Notes under the pieces: generated by a model
Seen by the model: the letters and a program-made list of their open reading frames with translations, nothing else
Database searches by the model: none
What the model was told of the DNA's origin: nothing
Made by a program: the position numbers and the translations under genes
Shown: in pieces, positions 38,830-50,962 of the stretch
How the letters are laid out: each line of letters begins with the position of its first letter
Position numbering within the stretch: position 1 is the stretch's first letter
Source of the DNA: Epiperipatus broadwayi
Taxonomy: Eukaryota > Animalia > Onychophora
Direction: 5' to 3'
Length of the DNA stretch: 64,000 nt
Assembly (NCBI GenBank): GCA_028023455.1
Contig: JAQFVV010000009.1
Span: 9,362,001-9,426,000 of the forward strand

Positions 38830-40680
38830 AAGAACAAAGTTTGATTAGTGGTTTCCATACATTATGTGTAGTCACACTAGATTGACTTATGGGATTGTTT
38901 ACCATTGTCATGTGAGAAGCTTCTTTAATTTTTCTTCTTTGTACTTTTTCTTCTCTATTCAATATTTTTGTATTTTCCCCAATTGAACATATGTTCATTA
39001 GTACATACATGGTCTGCTACCTTAGACACATCTGTTTTCTTCCTTCTAATCATCAATTTGTGTTCTTGCAAGTGCTTTTCATGGAATACAGGTCTCACCA
39101 ATATACAATATTCCACATTCACATAGTATTTCATAGATGCAGTTTTTTTCTTTTCAGCATTTCAAGTTTAGGCTTTGTAGATGTTAGAAATACTTCATAG
39201 TATGGTATCAGTCTGAAAACTATTCTGATGATATACTGATTGCAGATTTCCTTTAATTTGTCTGCTGTTTTGGGTATGTATGAATACACTATAGTACCAG
39301 TAATTGTTTTTTTCTTTTGATGGTTCTTTTTGTTGCCTATTTAAGATTTTCTTAACAACAACCGATGGATAATCATTTTTCATAATGTTTTGTTCTATGT
39401 AGATCTTTTCTTTTTTCAAATCATTGATTTTTGAATATATTTCTTTTGCTCTGTTGCATACTGATAGTGTAACTCCATGTTTTGTATTTCTGGTGTGATT
39501 GGATGTATAGGCTTATTTTCATGTATGTGTGGGTTTTCAGTAAACTGTAGTTTTGATTTTGCCATGAGGGAATCTTGTCACAAGAACATCTAAGAATGCA
39601 AATTTTTGTTCTTGTTCTGTTTCTATTGTGAACTTAACTGAAAAAGATATATTGTTGATGTGTTTCCAGAAAGTTTGTAGTAGTACTTCACTATGTGCCA
39701 TACAACGGCTGTGATTTCAAGTTCTTCAATGTAAATATTGCTAATCAGGTGTTTTAATGGTGATCCCACATAAATTCATTGATTTTGGCAGAAGAATTCT
39801 GTGTTATATTGAAAGTAAGTTGTTTTTATGCAGAAATTAATAGTTCCATTATATTATCAATAGGAAAAGTTATTCTGCTTTGTAAGCTATTATCATTTAA
39901 TCTTTTCCTTACAATAGACAATGCTTCTTCACATGGTACATTTGTGAATAAACTTTTCACATCAAAGCTTACCAGTAAGTCAGTTCTTTCAATTTTCATG
40001 TTCTTGATTAATTCTACAAAATATCTACAATCCCTGACAAATGACTGGGTCTTCTGTGTCAAAGGACAAAGAACTTTGAAAATAATTTGACAAATTTTGG
40101 CAAGATGAATTTCTAGGACTAACAATAAGTCTTATTTGGAACATGTTCCTTATGAATTTTAGGTAGATCATAAAAATGAGGAATTTTGCAGAAATATAAT
40201 GTTATTTTACTCTTTCCTGAATCTCTAAAGTACATTTAATGCTTTATAAGTAATGCTTGTAACTTTATTTCTGTACTAGGTATCAGATTTTTTGCCTCTT
40301 TTCAGTACTGACCTGCTGTGAGGAGTGCTTGTATTTTGTTATCATAATCAATTGTATCCATTACAATTGTTGCATTGCCTTTATCAGCAGGGAGAATAAT
40401 TATAGATTTGTCTACTTTGAGAGATTTAATTGCCTTCTCTCATCATAGGATATGTTTGTTTTTTGCTGCTTGTCAAGTGTTCTTTTTATTCTCTAGCATA
40501 ATTCTGCTGCTTCTTCTAATGGCAATTTTTGAGTGACTTTTTTGATGGCTGCCATTATATCTAATAAAGGGATATTAGATGGTGTTATAGCAAAGATTAA
40601 TCCTCTTTCAAGAACAGAAATTTCAGTATCCGTTAGATGTTTAGAACTGAGATTTTTAATAGATGAAGCTGGTCACTGCT
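38830..40680 (-). pseudogene. Disrupted PLE RT/GIY-YIG ORF
   Basis: ORF-track pieces 39826-40125, 39195-39419 and 38828-39010 plus frameshifted fragments; multiple stops. Confidence 0.88.
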
Positions 40681-40714
40681 TGGTACATTATGATTTCTAC
40701 TGATTGTTGCCTTT

Positions 40715-40798
40715 GGCAGGATGATTTCAGTTGGTTGGAGCATTACATTAAAAAGTCAATACTCAAGAGTCCAAGGGTTTAAGTTCGATTTCTATGCT
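40715..40798 (+). promoter_or_regulatory. tRNA-Lys(TTT)-like Pol III head inside the inverted pLTR (second copy at 38685-38759, minus strand)
   Basis: GGCAGGATG..TCAGTTGGTT.GAGCA...AGAGTCCAAGGGTTTAAGTTCGATT resembles tRNA-Lys GCCCGGATAGCTCAGTCGGTAGAGCA...AGGGTCCAGGGTTCAAGT; A box TGGCTCAATTGG is best preserved in the 38750 copy. Confidence 0.7.
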
Positions 40799-40824
40799 AG
40801 TACTGTCATTGGTCATGCCAGCAA

Positions 40825-40863
40825 CACCTGAGGAAGAGGTGAGAATACCTCTTCAAATGTTGC
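40825..40863 (+). ncRNA. Degenerate minimal HHR in the pLTR (family 1; second copy at ~38615-38660, minus strand)
   Basis: CAC-CTGAGGA-AGAGGT-gagaat-ACCTCT-tcAAATGTT-G; perfect stem II, G12 lost. Confidence 0.6.
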
Positions 40864-41399
40864 ACATATACTAATGGGTGTGCTATTACTAACAGTTGAA
40901 TGTATTTGGAATATTTAAATAAAATTAAATTTTTCTAAAGACATTCAATACCCCATATTAGATGATGGAAATAGTCCAATATAGAAATACAAAAGAAAAG
41001 GTGATATCATGTAATGTGTGGAACAATTGTATATAGATGTTTTTATTCATATATTTCAAGAAAGTGAAATTGAGTTATTCCACATGTTTATTTTAGCCAA
41101 ATATAATAATCTTTTAATGGTGGTTAAATTTACATTTAGACTGGAGATAATCTTTAGTTTATTAAATAATTAATAATAATCATTGGTGTATGTGGGATCA
41201 AAAAATTTAACACTTGTAAATTTATGAAAAAAAGTAGTCTTTGCAGATGTGATATCTTTTGATAAAACATGCAATTAAATTTATAAAGAATAAAAAAAAC
41301 TGTAAAAAATGATGCTATTATTATAGATACTGGTAAAAAAATAGAAAACTTGGTAAAATTATATAATAGATATCTAAATAATCAGTAATAAAAATTATT

Positions 41400-42050
41400 A
41401 GATCATTGAAATTGATAAAAAAGATATTAGAAATTACTGATCTATCAATCTTTTATAACTTCTATACAAGACATTTAGAATGATCATTACAATTTGACAG
41501 AAAACTTTGTGAATTCAAACTAACCAAAAGAACAAGCTGAATTTAAAAGTGATTTTAGCACAGTAAATTACATTCTAATGTAAAGATAAAAAAAATAAAA
41601 AAATTAACATAATTATGAGATTATTTTGCAGAGAATTTATAAATTACAAAAGAGCATTTGACTCTATATGTATTTCTATTGTGATTAAAGCTTTTAAATA
41701 TCCTGATATAGACCCATTATATTGTCATATCTTGAAGAATATTTACCAAAATGTAACATTAGTAATTGTATTAAAAGAGTGATCCTAGTATTAACATTAA
41801 TAAGAGTATGATGAAGTGATTCATATCTCCAGAACTTTTTACAGCAGTTTCATGTGAAATAGTTTCTGGGGGGGGGGGGGGAATAAAGTGGAGATTACTT
41901 TTAAATCATCTAGATTTTGAAAATAATGTAGTTGTTTTCACATATGATGTTTTCTGATTGTTAATGAGCTGTTAGATGAAAGCAAAAAAGTAGTGCCAAA
42001 GTTAAATGTTAAAACGTTTTTTAAAAATATAAAACTAAAGATTAATAATA
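41400..42050 (+). mobile_element. RTE-clade LINE RT remnant
   Basis: EQAEFKSDFST, YKRAFDS, ISPELFTA and ESKKV fragments in RT order. Confidence 0.65.
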
Positions 42051-42799
42051 ATAAAGAAGTTCATAACAAATATCTTTATATTATATTTCAGCACATATGA
42101 TTTGGTATAAGATTTTTGAATAAACTACATATTAACAAAAAATATATAATAATATTTGGTTCTTAGTAGATCTGTTGATTTATAGCAATTACAACTTTTA
42201 GTCTGTTTTAGAAAATGTGTACATTCAAGAAAATAGCATCACGTATCAATGTTTGGAAGATACTAGCATGAAGAACAAAACCCTAAGGATGAACAACAAA
42301 AATGAGAGCAATATAAACAAAGTTCCACTATTATGTGCTGTTTATACAAAGTGGATTGGAATATAAAGGAGGAAGTGTTTAAACACAAAAGTTGTCAGAC
42401 ACACAATAATGAGTTGAGCAGTGTTTCATGCATTTTTAACGGTATTTAGGTTTTTGTTTTTTCAATTAAAAATTTATTATCCAACATGAGAAGTTCTTAA
42501 AATTTTTACACACACACACCAAATAATTTTTCTGTGACCTCTTAAGGGGTTGTAAGTCACAGGCTGCAGCACTACTGCTTTAATCTATTTAAAAAACCAA
42601 ACCATTAAACTATTAAATGACATATCTAAAACTAGCTAGACTTTTATTTACACATACTTTGATAAATTGTTTTTAACCAACTGTACACATAAAAAAAAAT
42701 TTTGGTAGATTTCAAAAATCAAAACATTATATTTCCAGCTTATATTTTCTATGTTTTTTTTCACATGTGTGTGATCATGTGTATCGTTTGTCGGATGTA

Positions 42800-42870
42800 T
42801 GAGATAGAGTGGGTAGCTGAAAGCGCTTGAAATTCTATGTTCAAATCCCTATATTACTTCTATTAGATGT
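42800..42870 (+). mobile_element. Decayed tRNA-derived SINE head
   Basis: gagatagagtgg...atgttcaaatccct, homologous to 140-215. Confidence 0.4.
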
Positions 42871-44242
42871 AAACAGGAGTTCAGATTGGAAAACTAACAA
42901 ATTGTCCTCTCATCTCAAAATTTCCAGCTATTTAGTAATTCAGAAAAAAAAAAAAAAATACTATTAACAGCAGTGATTTTCAAGGATTATTTTTTGGTAT
43001 AGTACTATGTTGTTTAGTTAATTTTTCATTATTTTCAGATAAAGAACATAATGTCATTTATGCAGCTTTATTTATTAAAGCTTTTATTTTGTCATTTATT
43101 ATTATTCATCTTTATGTTTTATAATGTTCGTATCTATCTGTGCATGCATACTTAGTATAATCATTTATGTTATTTTCTCCCTACATTGTAAGAGAACTAT
43201 AAAATAAACAAATAATAAAGTTTTTAATTTTTGCTGGGGAAAATGATTTAAACTGGTATATTATTAAAAATTGTGAGTGAATAGAAATTTCAATAGACAA
43301 TCAATAAAATGCTGCTGGTCATGTGATAAATGTTGGTTATGGATCGCCCTTCATTTTTCTTATCATTTGTTTAATCAGAACAATATTGATTTTATGTGAT
43401 TAGAAAGTGTGATTTTTAATTGAATTCTTCAGAGATATTAATGAGATTAACCTTTAATCTATTGCATTGATATATATTGATTGTTTAGATTGTAAATATC
43501 GTTTAATAATCCTTTGTGCCATTTCAAATATTTCTTAAGAATAATAAAAAATGCTTCATTAATAAAAATAAAAATTATAATAGTTATAAAGAATGATGTG
43601 TAATATTGTACATAATTACGCAAGCAACATTATTATAAGGTTTATTATTCCAGCAATTAAATCGACATAATGCTTTAAACAAATAAAAAAGCTATTTAAT
43701 ATATAAATTTTCTAGTTGTATTTATGCATAATTCGTTTTTTTAAATATTGTCATTGCGTATTTAATCATTAATTTATATTCTAATGAAAATAATTAAATA
43801 AATCTATAATATATATCAGGATTTTTAAATTGAGGTAAATAAAACAATTATCTAGAGCAATAAAATTTAAAAAGGCCAAAAAATTCAGTAATCAAGATAA
43901 ATAATATTTAAATGAAATGTTTACAAAAATTAAAATAAAATAAAAAATGTTAAAGGAAGATAGGATCCAATGCTGCAGTTATAGGAGCTTGAGAATCGTG
44001 CAAACGTTGGAATGAAGGAAGTCAAGCACAATGAATTAAAAAAAATTTTTTCACCTGAAGGTTATTGTTCTATCTTAAGAAAGATTGGCTGCAGCCATTT
44101 CCAACTTCAACTCCCAGACCTGTCAGCACACACACAAAAAAAGATTAATTTTATATATATGTATAAACATGTGTTAATACGAATTTAAAGTATAATTATG
44201 AGCATAAAAGTTTTTTTTATTCATATCTTATACTTCCTAAAA

Positions 44243-44475
44243 TATTTTTAACTTTATCTTTCTTATTGCATTGCCAAATCCATGTAATATTAATACTATC
44301 TATGTTCTTTATTACTTTTACACTGCTTTTTTTACAACCTAATATGACAGTTTAAGATTTGGAGATATAAGTAGAAGTTCTGAAGAAGATTGCTGGGACA
44401 GTAGAAATTGTCACATTAGGTTGTAAAAAAAGCATTGTAAAAGTAATAAAGAACATAAATGATATTAATATTATA
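44243..44475. mobile_element. Fold-back element with an HHR-like motif in its loop (family 3)
   Basis: Arms 44284-44350 / 44408-44474; loop contains CTGAAGA-AGATTGCTGGGACAGTA-GAAA-TT-GTC (44380-44412); related loop-collapsed copy at 54455-54608. Confidence 0.7.
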
Positions 44476-46283
44476 AAATATTTTTACAAACTTTTAATCT
44501 TTATTTAAGCAAATATTAAACTATAGTTTGTTCAATATCATTCCCCTCTAACCAATGAAAAAACAGGTAATAGGTTCAACCAGATTCTCATAACAGATTC
44601 TAGTATCCACTGATTATTCATACTAATACAGATAGCTTTAGAATTGAGTGATTATTAATACTAATTAAGATTTAAATGTAAGCTAAAAGAGTCACATATA
44701 CTTTATTTTAGTGATAAATAATTCACTATTAATTTATTTATATATTTATACAAAATATATTTTTCATTCCTTTTTTTCCCCACAAAATTTATGGACAACT
44801 TGGTACTGAATTATATTCTTATAATTGTATACTTTCGATATACATTTTTATGTAAATTTATTTTATTTGTTACATATTATAATTTATAGCACATCATGTT
44901 AATTAACATGTATTTCTTAAATATTTATTGTATATTATATTCATTCTTATTAATTATTGTATTATATGAAAATAAGTATATTTTATAGTCATGCTAAGAT
45001 TTTTTTAAAGACAAATATGCCATCTAAAAAATGTAATACAATGTTTAATAATAATAAAAATATCCAAGAAATGAATCAAAACTATATGTAGTAGTACAAG
45101 TTTGGTTAAAAAAAACCCAGTGTATTCCACTACTAGAAATAGTTAAACACTCAACATTGTCATTATTAAAACAGAATTGTTATAATTTATCTTGCATAAT
45201 TTAGCATAGTGATGGACCCAAAAATTAAAGTTCCTGAATTAAATTTTAGCAGAGAAACAAAAAAACAAATTATAATTTATGCTTAATGGATTTGGACTAA
45301 TTATTCTTCAGCTATTGACACTTATTCTGCTCATTTAGTTTTGTTTCAATTTTTAGTATGCCAATCATGAGATTTCTTTGAGTTGCCATGCTGCTATCAA
45401 TTCTCAAGGTCACTGTCTGTGTCTGGGAACCAATGCCAAAACTATCTGCTATGAAGAATTGCCTCACCATCATGCCATGCTAAATCAACTTAAAAATGCA
45501 CCCCAGATTCCAAATCATCTCTGCAAAATCATGTCATAAGAGCTTAAACAAGAACTGATCCTAACATTGCTTTCTGCATCTTGAACATATAATGGGAACC
45601 TAAAGTCTTTACCAGAACCTTCCAGTAAAATGAACTATGTGTGCCATGCTTAACGACATCCATAGAACTTAACTTTATACCTCAAGGTCACATGTTTACT
45701 TATTCTTTCCAGGGTTTAAAGTCTCAGTTTAATCTTAAAAAGTAACCTATTTTTATGATATCTTTTGCTTGTTAAATTTTATGTATTTTGAGCATTTATT
45801 CTGTGTGTTATATGTTGTATTTATAGTGTGTTGGAATCTTAGTTTTAAGATTCCACGTTCTGTTGAATTTATTTGTCAGAGTGTACTGAGTTTATTTCTT
45901 AAAGCTATTTACCTTTATAATTGCTATTTCACTTGCTTAATAAATTCTTGGCAGACATAAATAATGTTCTGATTTCTTACCTGTCTCCTATTGAGACTGT
46001 TAATTATAATATAGCAGCTTAGTTTTGTCCAATTGTTTGGGTGGTGATTCACCAGTTATATATTTCTGTTTTCCTTTAAATCAAAGAGTTGGTTGTCTCG
46101 TTATTTGGTTAAAAATTGCCTATGCTGATTTTTATTAAATTGGAGATTTAAGTTTTCTCCCATCCTATAATTCATATTTTGTCATATTCTTTATATCATA
46201 TTTATTCTTCTTGCATTGTAATTAACCTTGGTAATCTTCAACATGGTTGGCCATGCAGCGGTTCTGTGGCAGTGATTACTCAC

Positions 46284-46382
46284 CTGTGCTGGTTTTGTTG
46301 ATTCATGCAAGAATCTTTCATTCATTATTGGTTTAAAAACTTTTTGAATAAGGAAACCAGAGTTTCTTAGATGAATCATCAG
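46284..46382 (-). CDS. Candidate 99-nt phase 0-0 coding exon (LMIHLRNSGFLIQKVFKPIMNERFLHESTKPAQ)
   Basis: Acceptor ttttctttcag|, donor CAG|GTGAGT, exactly one open frame; partner exons not identified. Confidence 0.4.
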
Positions 46383-46843
46383 CTGAAAGAAAATTCTTCC
46401 CTTACTTTTAAACCTCTATTAAAAAATTAGCCTGTCTGGTGAACAGTTTGATGTTTTATTTTGCTCATATACACCTCGATAGAACATCTATTGTAAGTTA
46501 ATCTTTGTACTTGAAATTTTTTTTTATATTAATTTTAATAAACTATGAACTTTCTTAAAATTATATTAGCTAATGTTTGTCCTAGCTTTATTTTCTCAAT
46601 TGTCTGAACAATATTAACAAGCTCTTGCTCTCCCTGGATTTGGGTTATGTAAATAATCATCATCATCTTTTGATTATGATAAACAAATTTTTTAGATATG
46701 CAGTGATCTGGTGGCCCCCTCTGTGATCAAAAGGAAGAAAGAACTGACTGTTACAATATGTATGTGTGTATGTAATCTAAGAGAGTAAATAATGTCTAGC
46801 TATAAGTAAAAGCCCTTTAAATATTGAGAAATTATCAATAATA

Positions 46844-46923
46844 GAATGAATCCATCTATTCTTGAAGTTCTGATGTTTATAAGCATAGATTATCAGAGCT
46901 CCAAGAATAGGTAGATTCATTCT
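46844..46923. repeat. Short fold-back inverted repeat
   Basis: agaatgaatccatctattcttgaagttctgat / atcagagctccaagaataggtagattcattct. Confidence 0.7.
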
Positions 46924-48677
46924 TTTCTTGATTCTTTGTTCAACACTTAGAGTGCTGTTAAATCATAACCTGATGATTTATTCCCTTTGTTTCCATATAT
47001 ACTGTAAAGGGTAGCTTACAACACAAATATTCCTAACAAGATTGGCCTACTTATTGAATCCAATCCATTTAAAACTTGCATTAATAATGGGGAGATTATT
47101 TGTTTGTTATTAACACTTACGTACATGTACAACACACATATATATTTATTTACAGTGAATTAGGGAACTCACAATAAATTATTATTTTGTAACTAATTTA
47201 ATACAACCAATATTTTAGAAAATAATATTGTATATATATGCTATTTGATTAATAAACTGTAATGTTTTTTTTTAAAAAATCTAAAATTGAATGTAATTCA
47301 TAGTCAGATGACTTAGGGATAACTTGAGGTCAAGTTAGGTGGCCATAGCAAATGTGAAAATAAAACTGATTTTATTATTTTATTTTTTGTTATATATTAG
47401 ATTTGAAAAAAGCATCAACACTGATAGTTCTAGTTCCCAAGTAAGAAGCTCCTGCTGACACATGCTCTCATCTGAACATCACAGTTTGTAACCTTATATT
47501 TCACTAATAAAGTTTCTTTAAAAACAATAGGCAGTTAAAAATCTAAGCATTTCAGGAGATCTACACAAGAACTGCATAATAACAGAAACATTTTTAAAAA
47601 TCCTTCTTGTCAATAATATTCCAGCTATAACAATATAATCGCAATTAAATTAAAATTTCAAACACTAAAATTGAGTTTTGTTTCTTCTTTTATTTGAATC
47701 ACAGAAGTTTTTAAAGTCAAATACTGTAACTTAAATTTTGTCAAATTCAGAAGAAAGAAAGTGGGAAATAAAAGTAAGAATAATTTATAGATTTTGGAAA
47801 ATAATTTTAATATTTTAAATCTTTTCAAAAAGAAAAATGAAAATTAAGTCTGCTGAAAATAGGAAGCAAAAATGAAATAACTTTTTTTAATATATATATG
47901 TAAAGTGCTTCTATATTATCGAAGATAATTTATGATTACAAATAATTATCTAATGGTACTTTAAGATGAATATGTGTTAAAGAAAAACATGCTACTGTGT
48001 ATCATGTTATTTCCTAACAGTTGCATAAAACCTCTCTTTTCATTCTACTTTATTGTAAAACACACAAGAGGATGCCTGCAGTCCAAAGTAAACAAGCATT
48101 GAAATATTTAAAGGTGAATCAGTTAAGGATTGAGGTGTTTACCATACACAACTACAGGAGACACCATTGTACCTATCTATCCTTGCCAAGGACAATGATT
48201 TGCCAAGTCAAACTGCTGTTGGAAAGTAACATGCTTAACTATAAACTACTACTTCTATTAGGATGATTTTTATGAATTTTGTTCCAACTACAATTTTAAT
48301 CAAGAAATTAATGTTGTAAATTTTTGTTTGGTTTTTTTATAATCTATGTTGTATTTTCACACTCTGATGCTAGAAATCTCATTTTTCAGAATTAGAAAAG
48401 ACGAAATGGGAGGGTGATTCAGTTATTTTTCTATTTTATTGTAAATAAATTCTAGGTCAACCCACCTGCTTGCATCAGGTTATCCATGTAAATAGTAAGG
48501 TAAGATTCTCTACATTAATTTTTATAGACTAAATTGCATCACTTGATACAGAATACATCTTATATGTTTTATATTGTTGATTAATCCTGTCTATACATTT
48601 TTCCAGTGTGCTTGACTAATCAACTAGTATTAATTTCTATACCTATCATATATATAAATTGGGGGAACTTAAACTAA

Positions 48678-48776
48678 ATAGACTGCAAAAATTAGTAAAG
48701 ATATAATTTAGCTAGCCACCATTTCAATAGACTGCAAAAATCAGTAAATATATAATTTAGCTAGCCAGCATTTTAA
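48678..48776. repeat. 49-bp tandem duplication
   Basis: aatagactgcaaaaat.agtaaa.atataatttagctagcca.catt x2. Confidence 0.85.
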
Positions 48777-49535
48777 TCATTTTGATTATTAATGTTTATT
48801 TTTCTTGTATAGTTCATGATTTGTAAGAATGAGTGTCGTAGATAGATTTCTACCATGGGATAAAAGGGATGGATGTCACATGTATATATTATTTTTTTAT
48901 CATTACTATTGTTATTATACTTTATGTTAATGTTATTTATCAGTGTCAATAAATGTTTAAGAGTTTATATTATTCCGGTCTCTGGTGTATTGAGTTGTCC
49001 TGACATTCCAAAGTTAACAAACAATCATGCAGGCACACACATCTATTTTTATTGTCATATAAAAGTTGTAGAGTAAAACAAATATAATAAATGCTAGTTG
49101 TAACCTATATATAGGTGTAGGAGTTGCAGGAGTTTCATATCTGTTAAGGGAGTCAAAAGCAATATTCTCTCTGGGCTCGAATATTAAGGCATAATGGAAT
49201 CAAAAAGGGTGAAAGTTGATGAACTAACCTAAATTGCATTTGATATTATTATGGATAGAGCTAGTCAGTTAAAAGTGCATGCAATCATTGGTTAAGCATT
49301 TCATTAGGTTTTCATTAGAATCCTAGATGCAGCTTTCCCCCCTTCCAAGCCTGGTAGAACTCCACAGACCATGTCATCAAGAGCAATAAATTAGGGCACA
49401 TTGAAGCATAGTCTCCAGATTGCTATATCTGCATAGTATCACAGTCCACATGTTATTTTACCATCTGTTACATCTGGGGTGTGGGCAGGACCGAATCCAG
49501 GTGTAGTTGACCATCCATTACAATACATTGAACTG

Positions 49536-49548
49536 TATTTAATTTAAT

Positions 49549-49594
<46 letters not shown>

Positions 49595-49607
49595 ATTAAA
49601 TTAAATA
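49536..49607. repeat. Perfect 72-bp palindrome centred on (AT)19
   Basis: tatttaatttaatgttt-(AT)19-aaacattaaattaaata. Confidence 0.9.
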
Positions 49608-50328
49608 TATATATATATATATATATAATGGTCAAGGGGGGTTCAAGAAGATGAGAATGTTAAGATTAAAGATGCTAAATAATTTCATGATCATAATGAA
49701 AATATTTAAATATGAATTTAATGTTGGCTATATAAGTTTGAATGCATAATATTTTATTAAATACTTTGTTGCAGACTCTGATAATAGCCACATTACTAAT
49801 GCTATGAGTGATAAACACAAATTCTCATTTGCAATGATTATCAAACCTAGATACTTTTCAAACTTCTTAGTTAAGTTCTTCACTGAGCAATGGTTATATT
49901 TCCTGATCACCCCTCAAGAAAAATGATAAAAAGAAATTTGGCATTGTTAGATTCTCTTTTATGATGTACTGATTCACATATTAATTGAATGACATATTTA
50001 TTGAATTATAGATACTTATTAAATTATATATTTATGGCTTTATAGCTATATTTATCTGTTTAATTTTTTATTCATTCATTTATTTAATTACTTTATGAAA
50101 GGCAAATTTGTTAATATTATACTTATATAATAATTGTAGTTTAATATATATCATATTTATCATTGAGATTAATAGTTTTCAGTGGTGAAAGGAAATGCAG
50201 GCTATCATTATTTCAAAATAAAAAGAATAGATTCATTGGCACCTTATAAATACAAGAATCTATAGTGATATGTGCTTGTATCAGTTTTATTTATGGTTCA
50301 AATACTATAACAAAGTGATGGTTTTACA

Positions 50329-50962
50329 TATTTGTCTTATAATAAACTAAAGATTAGCCTTTCAAGCTAACGTACATGCACTTTTTATGAATGTTAATAA
50401 TAATAAATGAATACTTTCATTTCCAACACAAAATAAAGTCTTTGCGAACGAATAAATGAATCCACTTATTCATTCAACCCAAATGCTTATATATGGGCAA
50501 ATCTTAAGTTCTGGATATGAAAGCGTGAGGATAAATCAATCACTTTAAATTACTGTTTACTATGTCTAAATGAATGATGTCAACGAAATTAATTTCGTTG
50601 ACATCATTCATTTAGACATAGTAAACAGTAATTTAAAGTGATTGATTTATCCTCACGCTTTCATATCCAGAACTTAAGATTTGCCCATATATAAGCATAA
50701 AATTTCGTTGACATCATTCATTTAGACATAGTAAACAGTAATTTAAAGTGATTGATTTATCCTCACGCTTTCATATCCAGAACTTAAGATTTGCCCATAT
50801 ATAAGCATTTGGGTTGAATGAATAAGTGGATTCATTTATTCGTTCACAAAGACTTTATTTTGTGTTGGAAATGAAAGTATTCATTTATTATTATTAACAT
50901 TCATAAAAAGTGCATGTACGTTAGCTTGAAAGGCTAATCTTTAGTTTATTATAAGACAAATA
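50329..50962. repeat. Near-perfect 262-bp-arm palindrome with no spacer and a 108-bp internal duplication
   Basis: Left arm 50329-50590, axis at 50590/50591, copy 50591-50698, 'aa', full right arm 50701-50962; one mismatch seen (50445/50846). Confidence 0.95.

Larger units (their letters stand above)
38400..41030 (-). mobile_element. Penelope-like element (RT + C-terminal GIY-YIG), degenerate, with a 3' pLTR and an inverted 5' pLTR
   Basis: NLSSKHLTDTEISVLERGLIFAITP, ILPADKGNATIVMD, LVSFDVKSLFTNVP, FAFLDVLV, YRKPTH and CECGILYIGET in order from ~40680 to ~38830; homologous terminal repeats at 38405-38790 (-) and 40693-41030 (+). Confidence 0.92.

Noticed and set aside
39779-40090. 103-aa plus-strand ORF
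   Set aside because: Antisense shadow of the PLE RT.
46350-46385. CTGATGA...GAAAC on the minus strand (HHR-like)
   Set aside because: Stem II is only 2 bp, there is no correctly placed NUH or stem I, and the CTG directly follows a strong splice acceptor.
48021-48266. 81-aa ORF and an alternative-frame cadherin-like phrase LSILAKDNDLP
   Set aside because: No suitable acceptor, a stop immediately upstream in that frame, and no other cadherin motifs.
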